Source: an uncultured delta proteobacterium
Lineage (GTDB): Bacteria; Myxococcota_A; Polyangia; Polyangiales; Polyangiaceae
NCBI GenBank assembly: GCA_963782055.1
Contig: CAWAIF010000003.1
Location: 4,448,001-4,512,000, forward strand
Reading direction: 5' to 3'
DNA: 64,000 nt
The notes under the pieces are model-generated. The model had not been told where the DNA came from. It saw only the letters and a program-made list of their open reading frames with translations, and searched no databases. The translations under genes and the position numbers were made by a program. Every line of letters starts with the position of its first letter. Position 1 is the first letter of the stretch. This document shows positions 1 through 10,303 of the stretch, one piece after another.

Positions 1-326
1 AGGGAGTGCGGTCGCGTCAGCTCCGTCAGCTCGCCCCCGCGCAGCCGGACGACGTGGACGTTGCCAAGCCACGCGACCCTCGCGCCGGGGTGCACGAGCG
101 AGAGCGCGGCCGCCGAGCAGCCGGTGCCGGGCATCTCGTGCAGGGCGCACGCGCGGAGCACGGCGGCGTTGGCGTCCGCGAGCGCGAGGGCCGGATCGCC
201 GTCCTCGCAAAGCCGCGCGCGCAGCGCGTCGCGTGCGGCGCGCGTGACCGGAAGCTCGCCCTCGTCACCGAGAGGATCCAGCACCGCGTAGCTCGTGGCC
301 TCCACGATCAGGGTCGGCGCGTCCAT
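1..326 (-). CDS. PP2C-like phosphatase-fold protein, runs off window start
   Basis: Own translation from ATG 326: ...MPGTGCSAAALSLVHPGARVAWLGNVHVVRLRGGELTELTRPHSL, resembling the PP2C 'AHVGDSR...L.QLT.DHSL' motif with degenerate catalytic residues. Confidence 0.5.
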   Translation of the reverse strand, partial: MDAPTLIVEATSYAVLDPLGDEGELPVTRAARDALRARLCEDGDPALALADANAAVLRACALHEMPGTGCSAAALSLVHPGARVAWLGNVHVVRLRGGELTELTRPHS

Positions 327-438
327 CACCGCCCGGCGTGCACGCGCCGCGCCCGGACGTCAAGGGCCCCGCCGGGCCCGCCATGGCGATCAGGCCTTCC
401 TGTGGACCACGAGCCGTCGGCTGCGGCACCATCGTGAA

Positions 439-1230
439 ATGAGCGCGCGCTACGCAGAGTACAGGCCCGCGCCCGCGCTTCGCGCGCGCGTCGAGTGCTA
501 CTGGACGCTGGCGGGCGAAGACGTCGGCGCGCACCGCGTGCTGCCCGACGGGTGCATGGACGTGCTCTTCGATCTCGCGGCGCCGCGCGAGGTCGCGACG
601 CTGGTCGGCACCATGACGACGGCGCTCGCCGTGCCGGAGGCGGCGCGGGCGCGCTACGTCGGCGTGCGCTTTCGGCCGGGGGAGGCGTTCGCGATGGTGG
701 GCGTCCACGCCGGCGAGGTCACCGATCAGTCCATTCCGCTCGAAGACGTGCTCGGCGCGCTCGCGCGCTCCCTCGCCGACGAGGTGGCCTCGGCGAAGGA
801 CGACGCGGCGCGCTTCGCCGCGCTGGACAGGCGGCTCGGCGCGCTCCGGCCGCGTGCCACGGACGCGCGCGTGCGGCGCGTCGTCGCGCGCATCCTCGAC
901 TCGCCAGCGGCGGCGCGCGTCGCGTGGCTCGCGCGCGAGGTCGGCGCGTCCGAGCGCCACCTCGAGCGGATCTTCGCCGAGCGGGTGGGCGTCGGCCCGA
1001 AGCAGCTCGCGCGTGTGGTGCGCCTCCGGGCGCTGCTCTCGCTCGCCGACCAGGCGCCGCGCGCGCCGTGGAGCGCGCTCGCGCTCGACGCGGGTTACGC
1101 CGACCAGGCCCACATGATCCGCGAGGTCAAGCGGATGACCGGTCTCACCCCCGCCGCCCTCGCCCGCTCGCGCGCCGTGTCGGATTCGTTCAATCCGGCT
1201 GCGCCGGGCTCGGCTACGACCGGCGCATGA
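439..1230 (+). CDS. AraC-family transcriptional regulator
   Basis: N-terminal 'RVLPDGCMDVLF' and C-terminal 'LALDAGYADQAHMIREVKRMTGLTP' AraC HTH; ATG 439 is in frame with ORF 295..1230. Confidence 0.9.
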   Translation: MSARYAEYRPAPALRARVECYWTLAGEDVGAHRVLPDGCMDVLFDLAAPREVATLVGTMTTALAVPEAARARYVGVRFRPGEAFAMVGVHAGEVTDQSIPLEDVLGALARSLADEVASAKDDAARFAALDRRLGALRPRATDARVRRVVARILDSPAAARVAWLAREVGASERHLERIFAERVGVGPKQLARVVRLRALLSLADQAPRAPWSALALDAGYADQAHMIREVKRMTGLTPAALARSRAVSDSFNPAAPGSATTGA

Positions 1231-1613
1231 AGACCCGCAAAGCGACTCCCCTCTTCGTCGTCGACGCCATCACACCCGCCACGATCGCGTTCTGGGAGAA
1301 GACCGGCTGGAAGAAGCAGGTCGAGGTCCCGCACGAGGGCGCCGCCGGCTTCGTGCTCCTCGAGAACGACGGCCGCGAGGTCATGCTCCAGACGCGCGCG
1401 AGCGTGCGGGCGGACCTCGGCGTCCCGGACCTCGATCCGCCGTGCGCGCTCTACTGCGACGTCGCGAGCGTCGCCGAGGCGCGCGAGGCGGCGAGGACGG
1501 CCGGCGCGCGCGTGCTCATCGCGGAGCGGGAGACGTCCTACGGCGCCAGGGAGAGCTGGGTGCTCGACCCGGCGGGGACGCTCGTGGGGTACGCCGAGAT
1601 GAAGGGGGGGTGA
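1227..1613 (+). CDS. VOC/glyoxalase-family protein
   Basis: MKTRKATPLFVV...ALYCDVASV...ETSYGARESWVLDPAGTLVGYAE; ATGA overlap with the AraC stop. Confidence 0.85.
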   Translation: MKTRKATPLFVVDAITPATIAFWEKTGWKKQVEVPHEGAAGFVLLENDGREVMLQTRASVRADLGVPDLDPPCALYCDVASVAEAREAARTAGARVLIAERETSYGARESWVLDPAGTLVGYAEMKGG

Positions 1614-1870
1614 GGCGCCGCCCCGCTCATGCTCGCGCGCGTGCGTGCCGGCGGGGTGCGCAGCGAGGCCATGCCCGGGCAGTTGGAAGAAGCCCGCCGG
1701 GCTTCCCTGGCGGGGCCCGACTGTCCGTTAGCGGACGGCCCGGGTGGGGAGTTCTCAATTGCCCGCGTCGCCCACAAGACGGATCATGGTGCCGGCGGCC
1801 ATGGGCAAGGCGGTGAAGAGGCGACGGCGCATCGGGCCGCACCGGCAGCACCTGCCTGAGCGCGAAGAAC

Positions 1871-2454
1871 ATGTCCGCGAGCGCGTGCGGGAGCTTCGGC
1901 GAGCCATGCAAGAAGTGTGAGGGCGCCGGGGCGTTTTGCTTGGGGAAGACCGGATCGTGCATCACGCCGGTGAGCCACTGCGGACCGAACGACTGCACGG
2001 GCTGCTGTCTCGACGACACGCACTGCGCGGACGGCAACGAGTACTACGAGTGCGGCTCGCACGGCGGCGCGTGCGACTACTGCTACGGGCGCGCGTGCGT
2101 CCCCCGCGACGGCGGGGGCGGCGCGTGCGAGGACATCCCGAGCTGCGGGCCGAACAACTGCGCGGGGTGCTGCTACCTGGGCAAGTGCGTGAGCGGGCAC
2201 AGCGTCGTCGAGTGCGGGACCAACGGCGCGGTGTGCGAGGCATGCCCCGAGGGCACGGCGTGCGTGTCGCCGGGGACGACCGGGGGCGCGACGTGTCAGG
2301 CGCAGCCCTTCCGCACGCCGCTGACATGCAAGACCTGCTGCGCGGGAACGTCTGCATGCCCGGCGACACCGACACCGCCTGCGGCGGCGGCGCGGTCACC
2401 GCGTGCCGCAACACCCAGCTGGGGAGGAAGTGCGTGAACCACGCGTGCCAGTGA
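1871..2454 (+). pseudogene. Cys-rich repeat protein (CGPNxCxGCC repeats), 5' truncated and frameshifted near 2345
   Basis: ORF 1871..2437 is Cys-rich; the Cys-rich sequence continues in another frame (GNVCMPGDTDTACGGG...CVNHACQ*) to 2454. Confidence 0.6.
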
Positions 2455-2561
2455 CCCACGCGAGCCGTCTGGCGTGGCGCCCGGCACGCGAGCGCGGAGC
2501 GCTACTCTCCTGACACCCCTTATCCGGATCCCGGATGGGCCAGGCGAAGAGTGTAGTGCCA

Positions 2562-2608
2562 CCCTGGTCCGTCCTTCCAGTGACACCGGACGGCCCCACT
2601 TCGCATAA
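2562..2608 (+). repeat. 98-bp dif-like element copy 1, left part (L flank plus ACTTCGCATAA arm), split by IS66
   Basis: ccctggtccgtccttccagtgacaccggacggccccACTTCGCATAA read directly; continues at 4133 after the IS. Confidence 0.9.
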
Positions 2609-4124
2609 GTCTCTGCTTAGCGGCCGGAAGACGGCCCGCGGCCCGGGCGTGACGTCGACCGTCGGAGGACTCGCCGGCTAGTGGGCAAAGACAGACGGAG
2701 GCGGCTTGCCGTGGAGGTGACTTTCGTACAGCCCGATGACGAAGCCCCGAAGCGGGAGCTGGCACTTGCGCCGCGTCTGCGTGATGCTCATCCAGTGCGC
2801 CAGGGTGGCGCTGCCGGCGGCCGAGCGCGTTCCGCCGGTCATCGCGCGGTGCCGCCCGTGGGCGCGGATGTCGCGTTCGGTCGCGTTGTTCGTGGCCGGG
2901 ACGTCGGGGCGGTCGATGAAGAGCGTCACCCCCACCTTGTGCTCGTCGAGGCGCTCCTGCAGCCGGACGATGTCCGGGAACTCCACGAAGTTGGTGCTGC
3001 TGATGAGATGGCCGAGGCGGATGCGCGCGCCTCGGCGCTGCTCGGGATCGCCGCTCGCCGCGGCGTGCTTGCCCGCGACGTAGAAGCCGATGAGTCGGTC
3101 GCGGAACTCCTCGGTCGCGGCGCACGGGGTGAGCTCGGCGATCTTCTTGGCCTCGCGGATGGTGTGCGCACCGCAGTAGGCGTGGGTCCAGCCGTCGTGA
3201 CTCGTGTACACGCCGTAGAAGTCGGTGCACAGGACTCCTTTGAAGCTCGCGCCGAGCATCGACTCGGCGACCCACGCGCCGCGCGACAGCTCGGCGCGGA
3301 AGACCGAGACGCGGTCGGTGCGCATCAGCCACATCCAACCCGGCACGCCGTCCTGTCGATGGCCGCTCTCGTCGAGGCCCGCCACGGGCGATGCGCGCAC
3401 CGCGTCGACCAGCTCGTCGTAGCTCGGCGCCGAGCGGCGTCGCAATCGGTCGAACATCTGCGCCAGGCCGCCGGTCGTGATCGAGATGCCGAGCCACTGT
3501 CCGAGGAACGCACTGATCTTGCCCAGCGGCATGTCGCGCTCGAAGCGCAGGTCCAGCGCCATCGCCTGCACGTTGGGGCCGAACGACACCGCGGCGACGC
3601 TCTTGCCCGCCGCCGGCGCGCCCGGCAGCTTCGCGACCACGCGCTTGTGGCACACCTCGCAGCTGCCGACGTGCGCCACGTGATGCGTCTGCCGCGGCTG
3701 CACCACTGGGATGTCGGTGACGACTGTGCTGTCCGTCTCGCCCGTCGCCACGACTGCCCCGCCACAGCTGCACGTCGCCGGCATCTCGTGCACGACTTCG
3801 TCGTCGACGTGGGCCGGTGCGGCGGGCCGCGATCCGACATGGCCCACCTTGCGGCCGCGCGGCTTGCCCGAGGGCGCCCGCCGACCCTCGGAGCGCGACG
3901 TCCGCCGCTTCCCGCGCTCCCGGAACCCGCGCTTCCACTCCTCGATCTCCTTGCGCAGCTTCGCCAGCTCTTCGCGAAGCGCGGCGTTCTCCTGCTCCAG
4001 CTCCTGGATCCGCTGCTCGGGCGTCACGTGATCCGGGATGCTCCCGATCAGGTCCCATGGAAAGAACTTCTCGCATCAGGAACGAAGAATGGACCCACAG
4101 TGTGCGACACCGCTAAGCAGACAC
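2609..4124 (-). mobile_element. IS66-family insertion sequence (single ORF)
   Basis: 15-bp terminal IRs GTCTCTGCTTAGCGG (2609-2623) and CCGCTAAGCAGACAC (4110-4124), 1 mismatch; 8-bp TSD TCGCATAA at 2601-2608 and 4125-4132. Confidence 0.92.
2678..4027 (-). CDS. IS66-family transposase (TnpC-like)
   Basis: Coiled-coil N-terminus, CxCG/CxxC zinc finger, 'LDESG', 'LCTDFYGVY', 'CGAHTIR', 'ATNNATERDIR'. Confidence 0.92.
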   Translation of the reverse strand: MTPEQRIQELEQENAALREELAKLRKEIEEWKRGFRERGKRRTSRSEGRRAPSGKPRGRKVGHVGSRPAAPAHVDDEVVHEMPATCSCGGAVVATGETDSTVVTDIPVVQPRQTHHVAHVGSCEVCHKRVVAKLPGAPAAGKSVAAVSFGPNVQAMALDLRFERDMPLGKISAFLGQWLGISITTGGLAQMFDRLRRRSAPSYDELVDAVRASPVAGLDESGHRQDGVPGWMWLMRTDRVSVFRAELSRGAWVAESMLGASFKGVLCTDFYGVYTSHDGWTHAYCGAHTIREAKKIAELTPCAATEEFRDRLIGFYVAGKHAAASGDPEQRRGARIRLGHLISSTNFVEFPDIVRLQERLDEHKVGVTLFIDRPDVPATNNATERDIRAHGRHRAMTGGTRSAAGSATLAHWMSITQTRRKCQLPLRGFVIGLYESHLHGKPPPSVFAH

Positions 4125-4183
4125 TCGCATAAGATGGGTTTCGTAAACTTTCGCGCCCGACCGCGCTAGGATTTCCTATGCGC
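4125..4183 (+). repeat. 98-bp dif-like element copy 1, right part (core plus R flank)
   Basis: TCGCATAA-GATGGG-TTTCGTAAACT-ttcgcgcccgaccgcgctaggatttcctatgcgc. Confidence 0.9.
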
Positions 4184-4224
4184 TTATTCGCTGAAACACA
4201 GAGTAGAGCCACCGAGAGGGACCC

Positions 4225-5108
4225 ATGTACAGGATCGAGCACGACGTCTTCTCGCACATTCATTCGACCAAGCTTGAATACCCGAAGAGAGGCTTCGGCG
4301 ATCCAAGGTCAAAGCGCTACCAAGGCTCGGAATGGTGTTCGGTCGCAAAAGTGCGACAGAGTTACGGATGCGACGTCGGGTCGTTTAGAGACCTCGTGGG
4401 GCTAGTTGCCGAGATTGGATTCCGAAATAGAGCCTTCAACCTCCTGTTTCGTGGGCAAGGTACGGACTACAAGGACAGCAACGACCGAACGAAATCCTGC
4501 CAGCGCTTTTTCGTCCAAAGCTGGGTAAGCGTTCCCTGCATCGGTCCACACTTGCGGCTCGCATCATTGAGCTGAACAAGGCAGTCGACACTCTCCGAGC
4601 CAACCGCCATAGACTCGGCGACGGATTGGGCCCTGGCCTGTTCAAGTACCGGGAATATCAATATGCACTGCTACAGCATTATCTTCTCCGAAAGACGCCA
4701 GTACTGGACGCAACCCACTCGCTCCGAGTTGCTACAAGCTTCGCGCTTTTTGGCAAGCGGGACGATGGCTTCCTATACGTTTTCGGAATGCCGCATCCAC
4801 AGGGTAGCATCTCCCATGTCGTCGACAGCGACATCGCGCTAGTCAAGCTCCAGAATGTCTGTCCACCCAGCGCCCTCAGACCGCACTACCAGGAGGGCTA
4901 CATGATCGGTCGACTGAGCTTTCGCGAGGAAAAGACCGCTGGTGACAACGCGGCGTATCGTCTCATTGCAAAGTACCACCTCGATAATTCATCGAAAAAG
5001 TTCTGGGACAAAGACTTTCGCCCCGTCCCAGATGGAGCCCTGCTTCCCGAGGTCGATCCGTTCGGCGAGACGCTGCGCTCCATCGTTGGGCCGGATCCCA
5101 CGACGTGA
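4225..5108 (+). pseudogene. FRG-domain protein, frameshift at about 4493
   Basis: 'LLFRGQ' in ORF 4225..4575 and 'ALLQHY..KTPVLDATHSLRVATSFA' in ORF 4626..5108; one extra A at 4492-4494 would join them (RTKILPALFRP); visibly lower GC. Confidence 0.8.
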
Positions 5109-5154
5109 CGCGGCGAAGTGCGAACGGCGGAGACGTCGAGTCGACCACCGACGG

Positions 5155-5655
5155 TTACAGCACCGCATACGAAGAAGTGGCTGCATCCTCTTGAAGCCAC
5201 TCGAACAGTAGCGGCGCGTACCACTTGTTGAGCGCCTTCTCGTTGCGGGCGGCGACTTGAGTCACGCGAGCCCCAAGGCGACCACGCGCGAGGTCCACGA
5301 GGCGGTGAATCGCTTCAACGCTGGTCCTCTCCCGATGCAGAGCGGTGATTGACGCCCAGATAGCGTCGGCGTCGACGCTCCTGCGGAACGCGAGGGACTC
5401 AGCAGGAGCCGTTTCATCCCGAATGAATTGGCGTGTGCCTTCGCCAATGATCGACAAGACGAAGGCGCAGTGCGTGGCTCCAGCGGGCCCCACTAGCAGC
5501 CGGTAGATGTCATCGGCCCAAGACGGTGCCGCTCGCGCTAATCCGTAGGTCGGGATGCCGAGGAAGTCGGACGTGTCGTCACGGAGGTACGCCAGCTTGA
5601 TCTCCAGGTAGAGCTGCGGCGTCGCGGCGTCGGGGGCTTCGTTATCGGTGGGCAC
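5155..5655 (-). CDS. hypothetical protein
   Basis: 166-aa ORF with protein-like composition; no family recognised. Confidence 0.5.
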   Translation of the reverse strand: MPTDNEAPDAATPQLYLEIKLAYLRDDTSDFLGIPTYGLARAAPSWADDIYRLLVGPAGATHCAFVLSIIGEGTRQFIRDETAPAESLAFRRSVDADAIWASITALHRERTSVEAIHRLVDLARGRLGARVTQVAARNEKALNKWYAPLLFEWLQEDAATSSYAVL

Positions 5656-6078
5656 CAGATGTCTGCGAGCGCCTTGGCGACCTTGCCACCTACGTCCTTC
5701 CGCCAGCGACGACCGTAGTATCGCTCAACGATGAGCCTCTCTCGGCGCGAGAAGGCTCGCAAGAACGTGCGAGTGCTGGTGCTCGTTCACGACCCCTTCG
5801 AGCGTTGCGACGGTGGCGGACCTGAGCCACCGATCGAGGTAGGTTGCGAATCGCGTGGGCAGATCCTCCACGGTTTCCATCCTACCTTCGTCGGGCGAGT
5901 GTAGGGCCTCGCCTTCCCTCGTGATCCCCCGCTTGGTCTCTCCCGGTCTCTGTGCCCGTTCAATCGCCTGAGACGTTGGCGCAGTCCGGCACCTGAGACG
6001 CGGCGCAGGCCGGCGGCGATCACCAGGAATTCGTGGTGAGACGTGCCGGCGCGCGAGCATGCGTCGGACAAAAGGAGT

Positions 6079-6109
6079 GAGCCCGCACGTCTGGACCACG
6101 TGCGGGCTC
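6079..6109. other. 12-bp perfect inverted repeat (hairpin) upstream of the interrupted transposon gene
   Basis: GAGCCCGCACGT-ctggacc-ACGTGCGGGCTC. Confidence 0.7.
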
Positions 6110-6265
6110 GTGTCAGCGCCGTGCAAGTTCTGTGGAAATGCCCGCTCTCCGACGAGGGCTACGTTCATGGCCAGATCCTTTGGACATAACGTGGCGGAAT
6201 GATGGAAATAAATCGGGCGCCTTTCTCGTTGTTCGGTTGCGACACCAACAAGGAGAGGACGCCCG

Positions 6266-7597
6266 ATGACGACGAGAGCTACCCGAGCCACGAGCAGCCG
6301 TCCAGACCCGAGCGAAGAGGCGAGCGCGGTGGAGGAGCAGCTGCAGCGGACCTTCACGCCGGCGGTCATCGACGAGCTTCGGGGCCGCACCGGCTACAAC
6401 CCGCGGCAGCGGCGCGCCACCGCGTTCCGCCTGGTGCTCACGGTCGTCGAGGGGTTCCTCGCGGGCCAGACGCTGTCGTTCGAGTCGCTGCGGGCGATCT
6501 TCGTGAGGCGCTTCGGCTTCATGCGCCCGTGCCCGTTCCAGAAGCGGTTCAAGCAGGAGTCGGCGGCGGCGTTCTTCCGCGCGGCGCTCGAGCACCTCGT
6601 GGCGTCGGTGACGAAGGCGGCGGGCCTGGAGCTGAGCGGGCCGCTCGCCCGCTTCGAGGACGTGCGGGTCTACGACGGTACGGGGCAGCGCGTGCCACCG
6701 CGCGGGCGCGAGCTGCTGCCGGGATGCACCAAGGGCAAGGCCGGCACCAAGTGGGTGATGGGCTACAGCATCAAGACCGGCCTGCTCGAGCACGGCGTCT
6801 CCGACGCGGAGACCGCGTCGGAGACGCCGCTGTGGCGGAAGCTGGTCCCGAGCTTCACGCGCGGGGTGCTCTACCTCTTCGACCTCGGCTTCTTCGAGCG
6901 CGCTCTGTTCACCCAGGCGAAGGCTGCCGGCGCGCACGTGCTGATGCGCCTCAAGACCACGGCGAAGGTACGCGTGACCGCGCACATCTCGGAGAACGGC
7001 CACACCCCGCTCCACAACTGGTCGCTTGGCTACTACCTGCAGAGCGTGTCGCGCAAGCGCGGGACGATCTTCGACCTCGACGTGACGTGGGGCAAGGGCA
7101 AGGACACCGTCGCATTGCGGCTCGTGGGACTCGCGCACAAGTCGACCGTCATCCGCTGGTACCTGACCACCGTGCCGCGCAGCGTGCTCTCGCCACGGCA
7201 GATCATCCAGACCTACCGACTCCGCTGGCTGATCGAGCTGCTCTTTCGCGAGCTGAAGCAGACCGCCGACCTCGGCCGCTCCTTCACCGCCGATCCCCAC
7301 GCGATCAAGGCGCTCACCTACGGCGCGATGCTCGCCCACGCGCTCGTGCGCTCGGTCAGGATCCAGGCTGCACTCGCGCGCGACGTCCCTCTCGAGCAAC
7401 TGCGCCCCCTGGCGACGTTGCACGTCGTGCGCGCCTACGCGCGGGACCTGGTCGACGCCCTCGTCTCCCTGAGCACCGCCGCGTGGACTGCCGTCGTGAC
7501 CACCGTGGGCGCGGCACTCGTCGCTCTGGCACGCGAACGACAACCTTCACGCTCCAGGAAACGAATCGCCCTCAAACTTGGGGCGATCGGTGCTTAA
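6266..7597 (+). CDS. IS4-family DDE transposase
   Basis: 'VYDGT', 'LFDLGFF', and the YREK-type signature 'YRLRWLIELLFRELKQ'. Confidence 0.92.
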   Translation: MTTRATRATSSRPDPSEEASAVEEQLQRTFTPAVIDELRGRTGYNPRQRRATAFRLVLTVVEGFLAGQTLSFESLRAIFVRRFGFMRPCPFQKRFKQESAAAFFRAALEHLVASVTKAAGLELSGPLARFEDVRVYDGTGQRVPPRGRELLPGCTKGKAGTKWVMGYSIKTGLLEHGVSDAETASETPLWRKLVPSFTRGVLYLFDLGFFERALFTQAKAAGAHVLMRLKTTAKVRVTAHISENGHTPLHNWSLGYYLQSVSRKRGTIFDLDVTWGKGKDTVALRLVGLAHKSTVIRWYLTTVPRSVLSPRQIIQTYRLRWLIELLFRELKQTADLGRSFTADPHAIKALTYGAMLAHALVRSVRIQAALARDVPLEQLRPLATLHVVRAYARDLVDALVSLSTAAWTAVVTTVGAALVALARERQPSRSRKRIALKLGAIGA

Positions 7598-7607
7598 GAG
7601 ATCGGGC

Positions 7608-9643
7608 ATTGGTAGATCCTTACACCTTGGCCGCCCTACGGCGGCGGTTGGAGTCAAGACCCCCTCTCAAACCGTGCGTGCGGATTTCCCGCACACGGCT
7701 TACCGGTGGTCTCTCGTGACGCGGCATTACGCGGCCTCCGGGTAGCGGATGGTCCCGCGCAGGCGGTGGAGCCCGAAGCCTTCGACGAAGTAGTCGCGGG
7801 TCCAGCGCTCGGCTTGTCCGGCCTTGAGCTTCGAGCCGGCCCGTTTCAGGCGCAGCGCTCGAAGCCGTTCGTACACGTACTCGTCGAGTCGGTTGAACTT
7901 CACGTCGGCGTTCCCGGTGCGAAAGTACTCGCCCCAGCCACGCAGCACGGGGTTGAGCTGCGCGACGACGTCGCGCAGGTCCGCGTGGCAGCGTGATCGC
8001 GGGGTGAGGTCCCTCACGCGCTGCCGGATCCGCTTCATCGCGCGAGCCGATGGCCAGCGCTGGAGGAAGTACACGCGTTTGCGCGACCTCTCCCAGATGG
8101 ACCCGCTCAAGCGTTTCCGCAGGTGGCAGCCGAGGAAGTCGAACCCCTTCTTACCCCAGGAGAGGTCCAGCTTCCTCGTCTTGTCCGGGTGCAGCTCAAG
8201 CCCGAGTCGCGTCATCACGTGCTTCACGCGAAGCTCGGCCTCGTCGACGTCACGCTTCGTCCTGCACATCACGACGAAGTCGTCCGCATAACGAACCAGC
8301 TCGCCAAGATGCGCGCACCGCTTCGTCCACACGTCGTCGAGCACGGCGAGGTAGATGTTCGAGAGCAGCGGCGAGATCACCCCGCCCTGCGGCGTGCCGC
8401 TGGAGGGGTTGGTCACCGTGCCTTCGTCCATCACCCCCGCCGTGAGCCACTGCCGCAGCAGCTTGAGCACCCTCCGGTCCGAGATGCGCCGCTCGACGAG
8501 CTTCATCAGCTTGTCGTGATCGATGCTCCCGAAGTAGTCACGGATGTCGGCGTCGAGCACGTGGTTGTACCCCTTCGCGCCGAGCTTCCTCAGCGTCTCC
8601 AGGGCGTCCGTCGCGCTCCGCCCGATACGGAAGCCGTACGAGCACGAGCGAAAGCTCGCCTCGAAGATCGGCTCCAGCACGAGCTTCGTCGCCATCTGCA
8701 CCACCCGGTCTCGGACCGTCGGGATCCCAAGCGGCCGCTTCTTCCCATCGGCCTTCGGGATGTACCGGCGCAGCACCGCTGCCGGCCGGTACCTGCCTGC
8801 ACGGAGCACGTCATGGATCTCTCCGAGGAGTCGATCCACTCCGTACACCTCGAGCGCCGCGATCGTCTGGGCATCGACGCCCGCGGCTCCCTTGTTCCTC
8901 CTTACCCGCTTCCACGCTTCCGCGAGGACGTCACGCCTCGCGATGCGGTCATACAGCGCGTGGAATCGGCGCTCCGGATGCCGCTTGGCCGCGGCACACA
9001 GCCGGCGTTGCAGTTGTCGCACTTTGTCCATGGGCTGTCGCCGATGGGGGTGGTTGGGACCGGTCTCGCCGGCCATGCCCTCGCGCTTACCTGCTCCGCC
9101 GACACGACCACTGCAGGGGTCTTTCCCTCCTGCCGCGTTGTTCTTCACGGCGTTCGTTCGCGAAGCTCGCGCCTCGCTCTTCGGTACAGTGACCCCCTCG
9201 GACTCCCGCTGCGCAGCGGCCGACTTCGCCTCTGGCTTATACGACGCGCCTTGCCCCGACGAGGGCGACGCAGACGGGCCTCCCGAGTTCCGCACTCCTC
9301 CTTGCACGCGTGCTGCGCTCCCTACCCCGCCGGGACCGACGGCGCGTTTCGGATCTGGCGCCGCCGATATTGCCTTCGCCGCGACATGATCGGCTCGGCT
9401 CCCGGTTTGTAGATCTGACGAGGCTGCAAGCTTCACTTCATGTTGCGGCCCGCGTGCTCGCTCGGTCCGTGGACCCTTTCGACGCCCCGCTCGGCCGACG
9501 GGATCTCTCCCGCTCGGCTGGGGCCTGCTACCCGGCGCTCCGACGCTTACCGGTGCGGGACTCTCACCCGCTGGAGAAGCGCAGCTTGAGGCAGGTCGTT
9601 CGTCGGGCATGCCCGACGGACGACCTGCTTCTTCACGGCGCAC
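7608..9643 (-). mobile_element. Group II intron, apparently full length (2036 nt)
   Basis: 5' end GTGCG at 9643; domain V AAGCCGTGTGCGGGAAATCCGCACGCACGGTTT (7669-7701); 3' end ...GGATCTACCAAT at 7608; removing it restores the IS4 IR. Confidence 0.9.
7727..9031 (-). CDS. ltrA: Group II intron reverse transcriptase/maturase, no C-terminal endonuclease seen
   Basis: 'NKGAAGVD', 'RPLGIPTVRDRVVQ', 'GTPQGGVISPLLSNIYL', 'RYADDFV', 'LNPVLRGWGEYF'; start uncertain (9031 or 9077). Confidence 0.93.
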   Translation of the reverse strand: MDKVRQLQRRLCAAAKRHPERRFHALYDRIARRDVLAEAWKRVRRNKGAAGVDAQTIAALEVYGVDRLLGEIHDVLRAGRYRPAAVLRRYIPKADGKKRPLGIPTVRDRVVQMATKLVLEPIFEASFRSCSYGFRIGRSATDALETLRKLGAKGYNHVLDADIRDYFGSIDHDKLMKLVERRISDRRVLKLLRQWLTAGVMDEGTVTNPSSGTPQGGVISPLLSNIYLAVLDDVWTKRCAHLGELVRYADDFVVMCRTKRDVDEAELRVKHVMTRLGLELHPDKTRKLDLSWGKKGFDFLGCHLRKRLSGSIWERSRKRVYFLQRWPSARAMKRIRQRVRDLTPRSRCHADLRDVVAQLNPVLRGWGEYFRTGNADVKFNRLDEYVYERLRALRLKRAGSKLKAGQAERWTRDYFVEGFGLHRLRGTIRYPEAA

Positions 9644-10303
9644 CATGGGGCTACGTTACTCAACGTGCGTGGGAAAGCGCAATTCTCGACAGCTGCCCGT
9701 TCCACCCGGAGGGCGGTTGCGGCCTCGAGAAGCTCGGGAGCTACCCCCGCGTCGAGCCCGCAGGCGTGCGCGTCGCGCGCTGGTGGTGCCCCAGGCAGCG
9801 GGCGTCGATCAGCCTCTTGCCGTCGTTCCTCGCGGCGCGGCTCTCCGGCACGCTCGCCGCGGTCGAAGACGTCGTCACCGCGGTGGAGGCCGCCGGCGGT
9901 GTCGCGGCGGCGGTGGACGCGGTGCACCCGCCGGACGCCGACGACGCCGTCGGGCTCGTGTGCGCGCTGAGGTCGATCCGTCGGCGGGCATCGGCGGTGC
10001 GCGCCGCGCTGCTCGCGATCGCGACGCTGATGCCCGAGCGGTTCGCAGGCGTCAGGCCGACGCTCGCCGCCTTCCGCGAGGCGCTCGGGTGCCATCGCGT
10101 GCTCGTCGTGCTGCGCGAGCTCGGCGAGCGGCACCTCGGTGCGTTGCCCGTCCCTCTCGGATTGCGCACGCGGGCGACCGGGTGACCGGGGGTCGCCGCG
10201 GCCGGCCCACACGAAAGGGTGCCGGCTGCCGGCGGCGATCTCGCCGAGCTTGCCGGCACGCCGCTCGGAAAGGGTCCGGGCGAGCGCACCGAAGGCATCC
10301 GCC

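Larger units (their letters stand above)
6166..9647 (+). mobile_element. IS4-family element (1446 bp without the intron), with a group II intron in its right IR
   Basis: Left end CATGGCCAGATC (6166); right end GATCGGGC|CATG (7600-7607 plus 9644-9647); 10-bp TSD GGGCTACGTT at 6156-6165 and 9648-9657. Confidence 0.88.
6121..10185 (+). pseudogene. Cys/His-containing accessory gene of an ExeA-type transposon, split by IS4 (6121-6165 plus 9658-10185)
   Basis: Removing 6166-9657 restores the frame VQVLWKCPLSDEGYVTQRAWESAILDSCPFHPEGGCG...WWCPRQRASISLLPSFLAARLSG; lies directly upstream of the transposase/ExeA remnant. Confidence 0.7.

Noticed and set aside
7727..9646. RT as a retron, DGR or defence RT; 639-aa ORF length
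   Set aside because: Domain V, the GTGCG and AT ends, and the maturase domain identify a group II intron. The N-terminal ~200 codons are intron RNA read-through.
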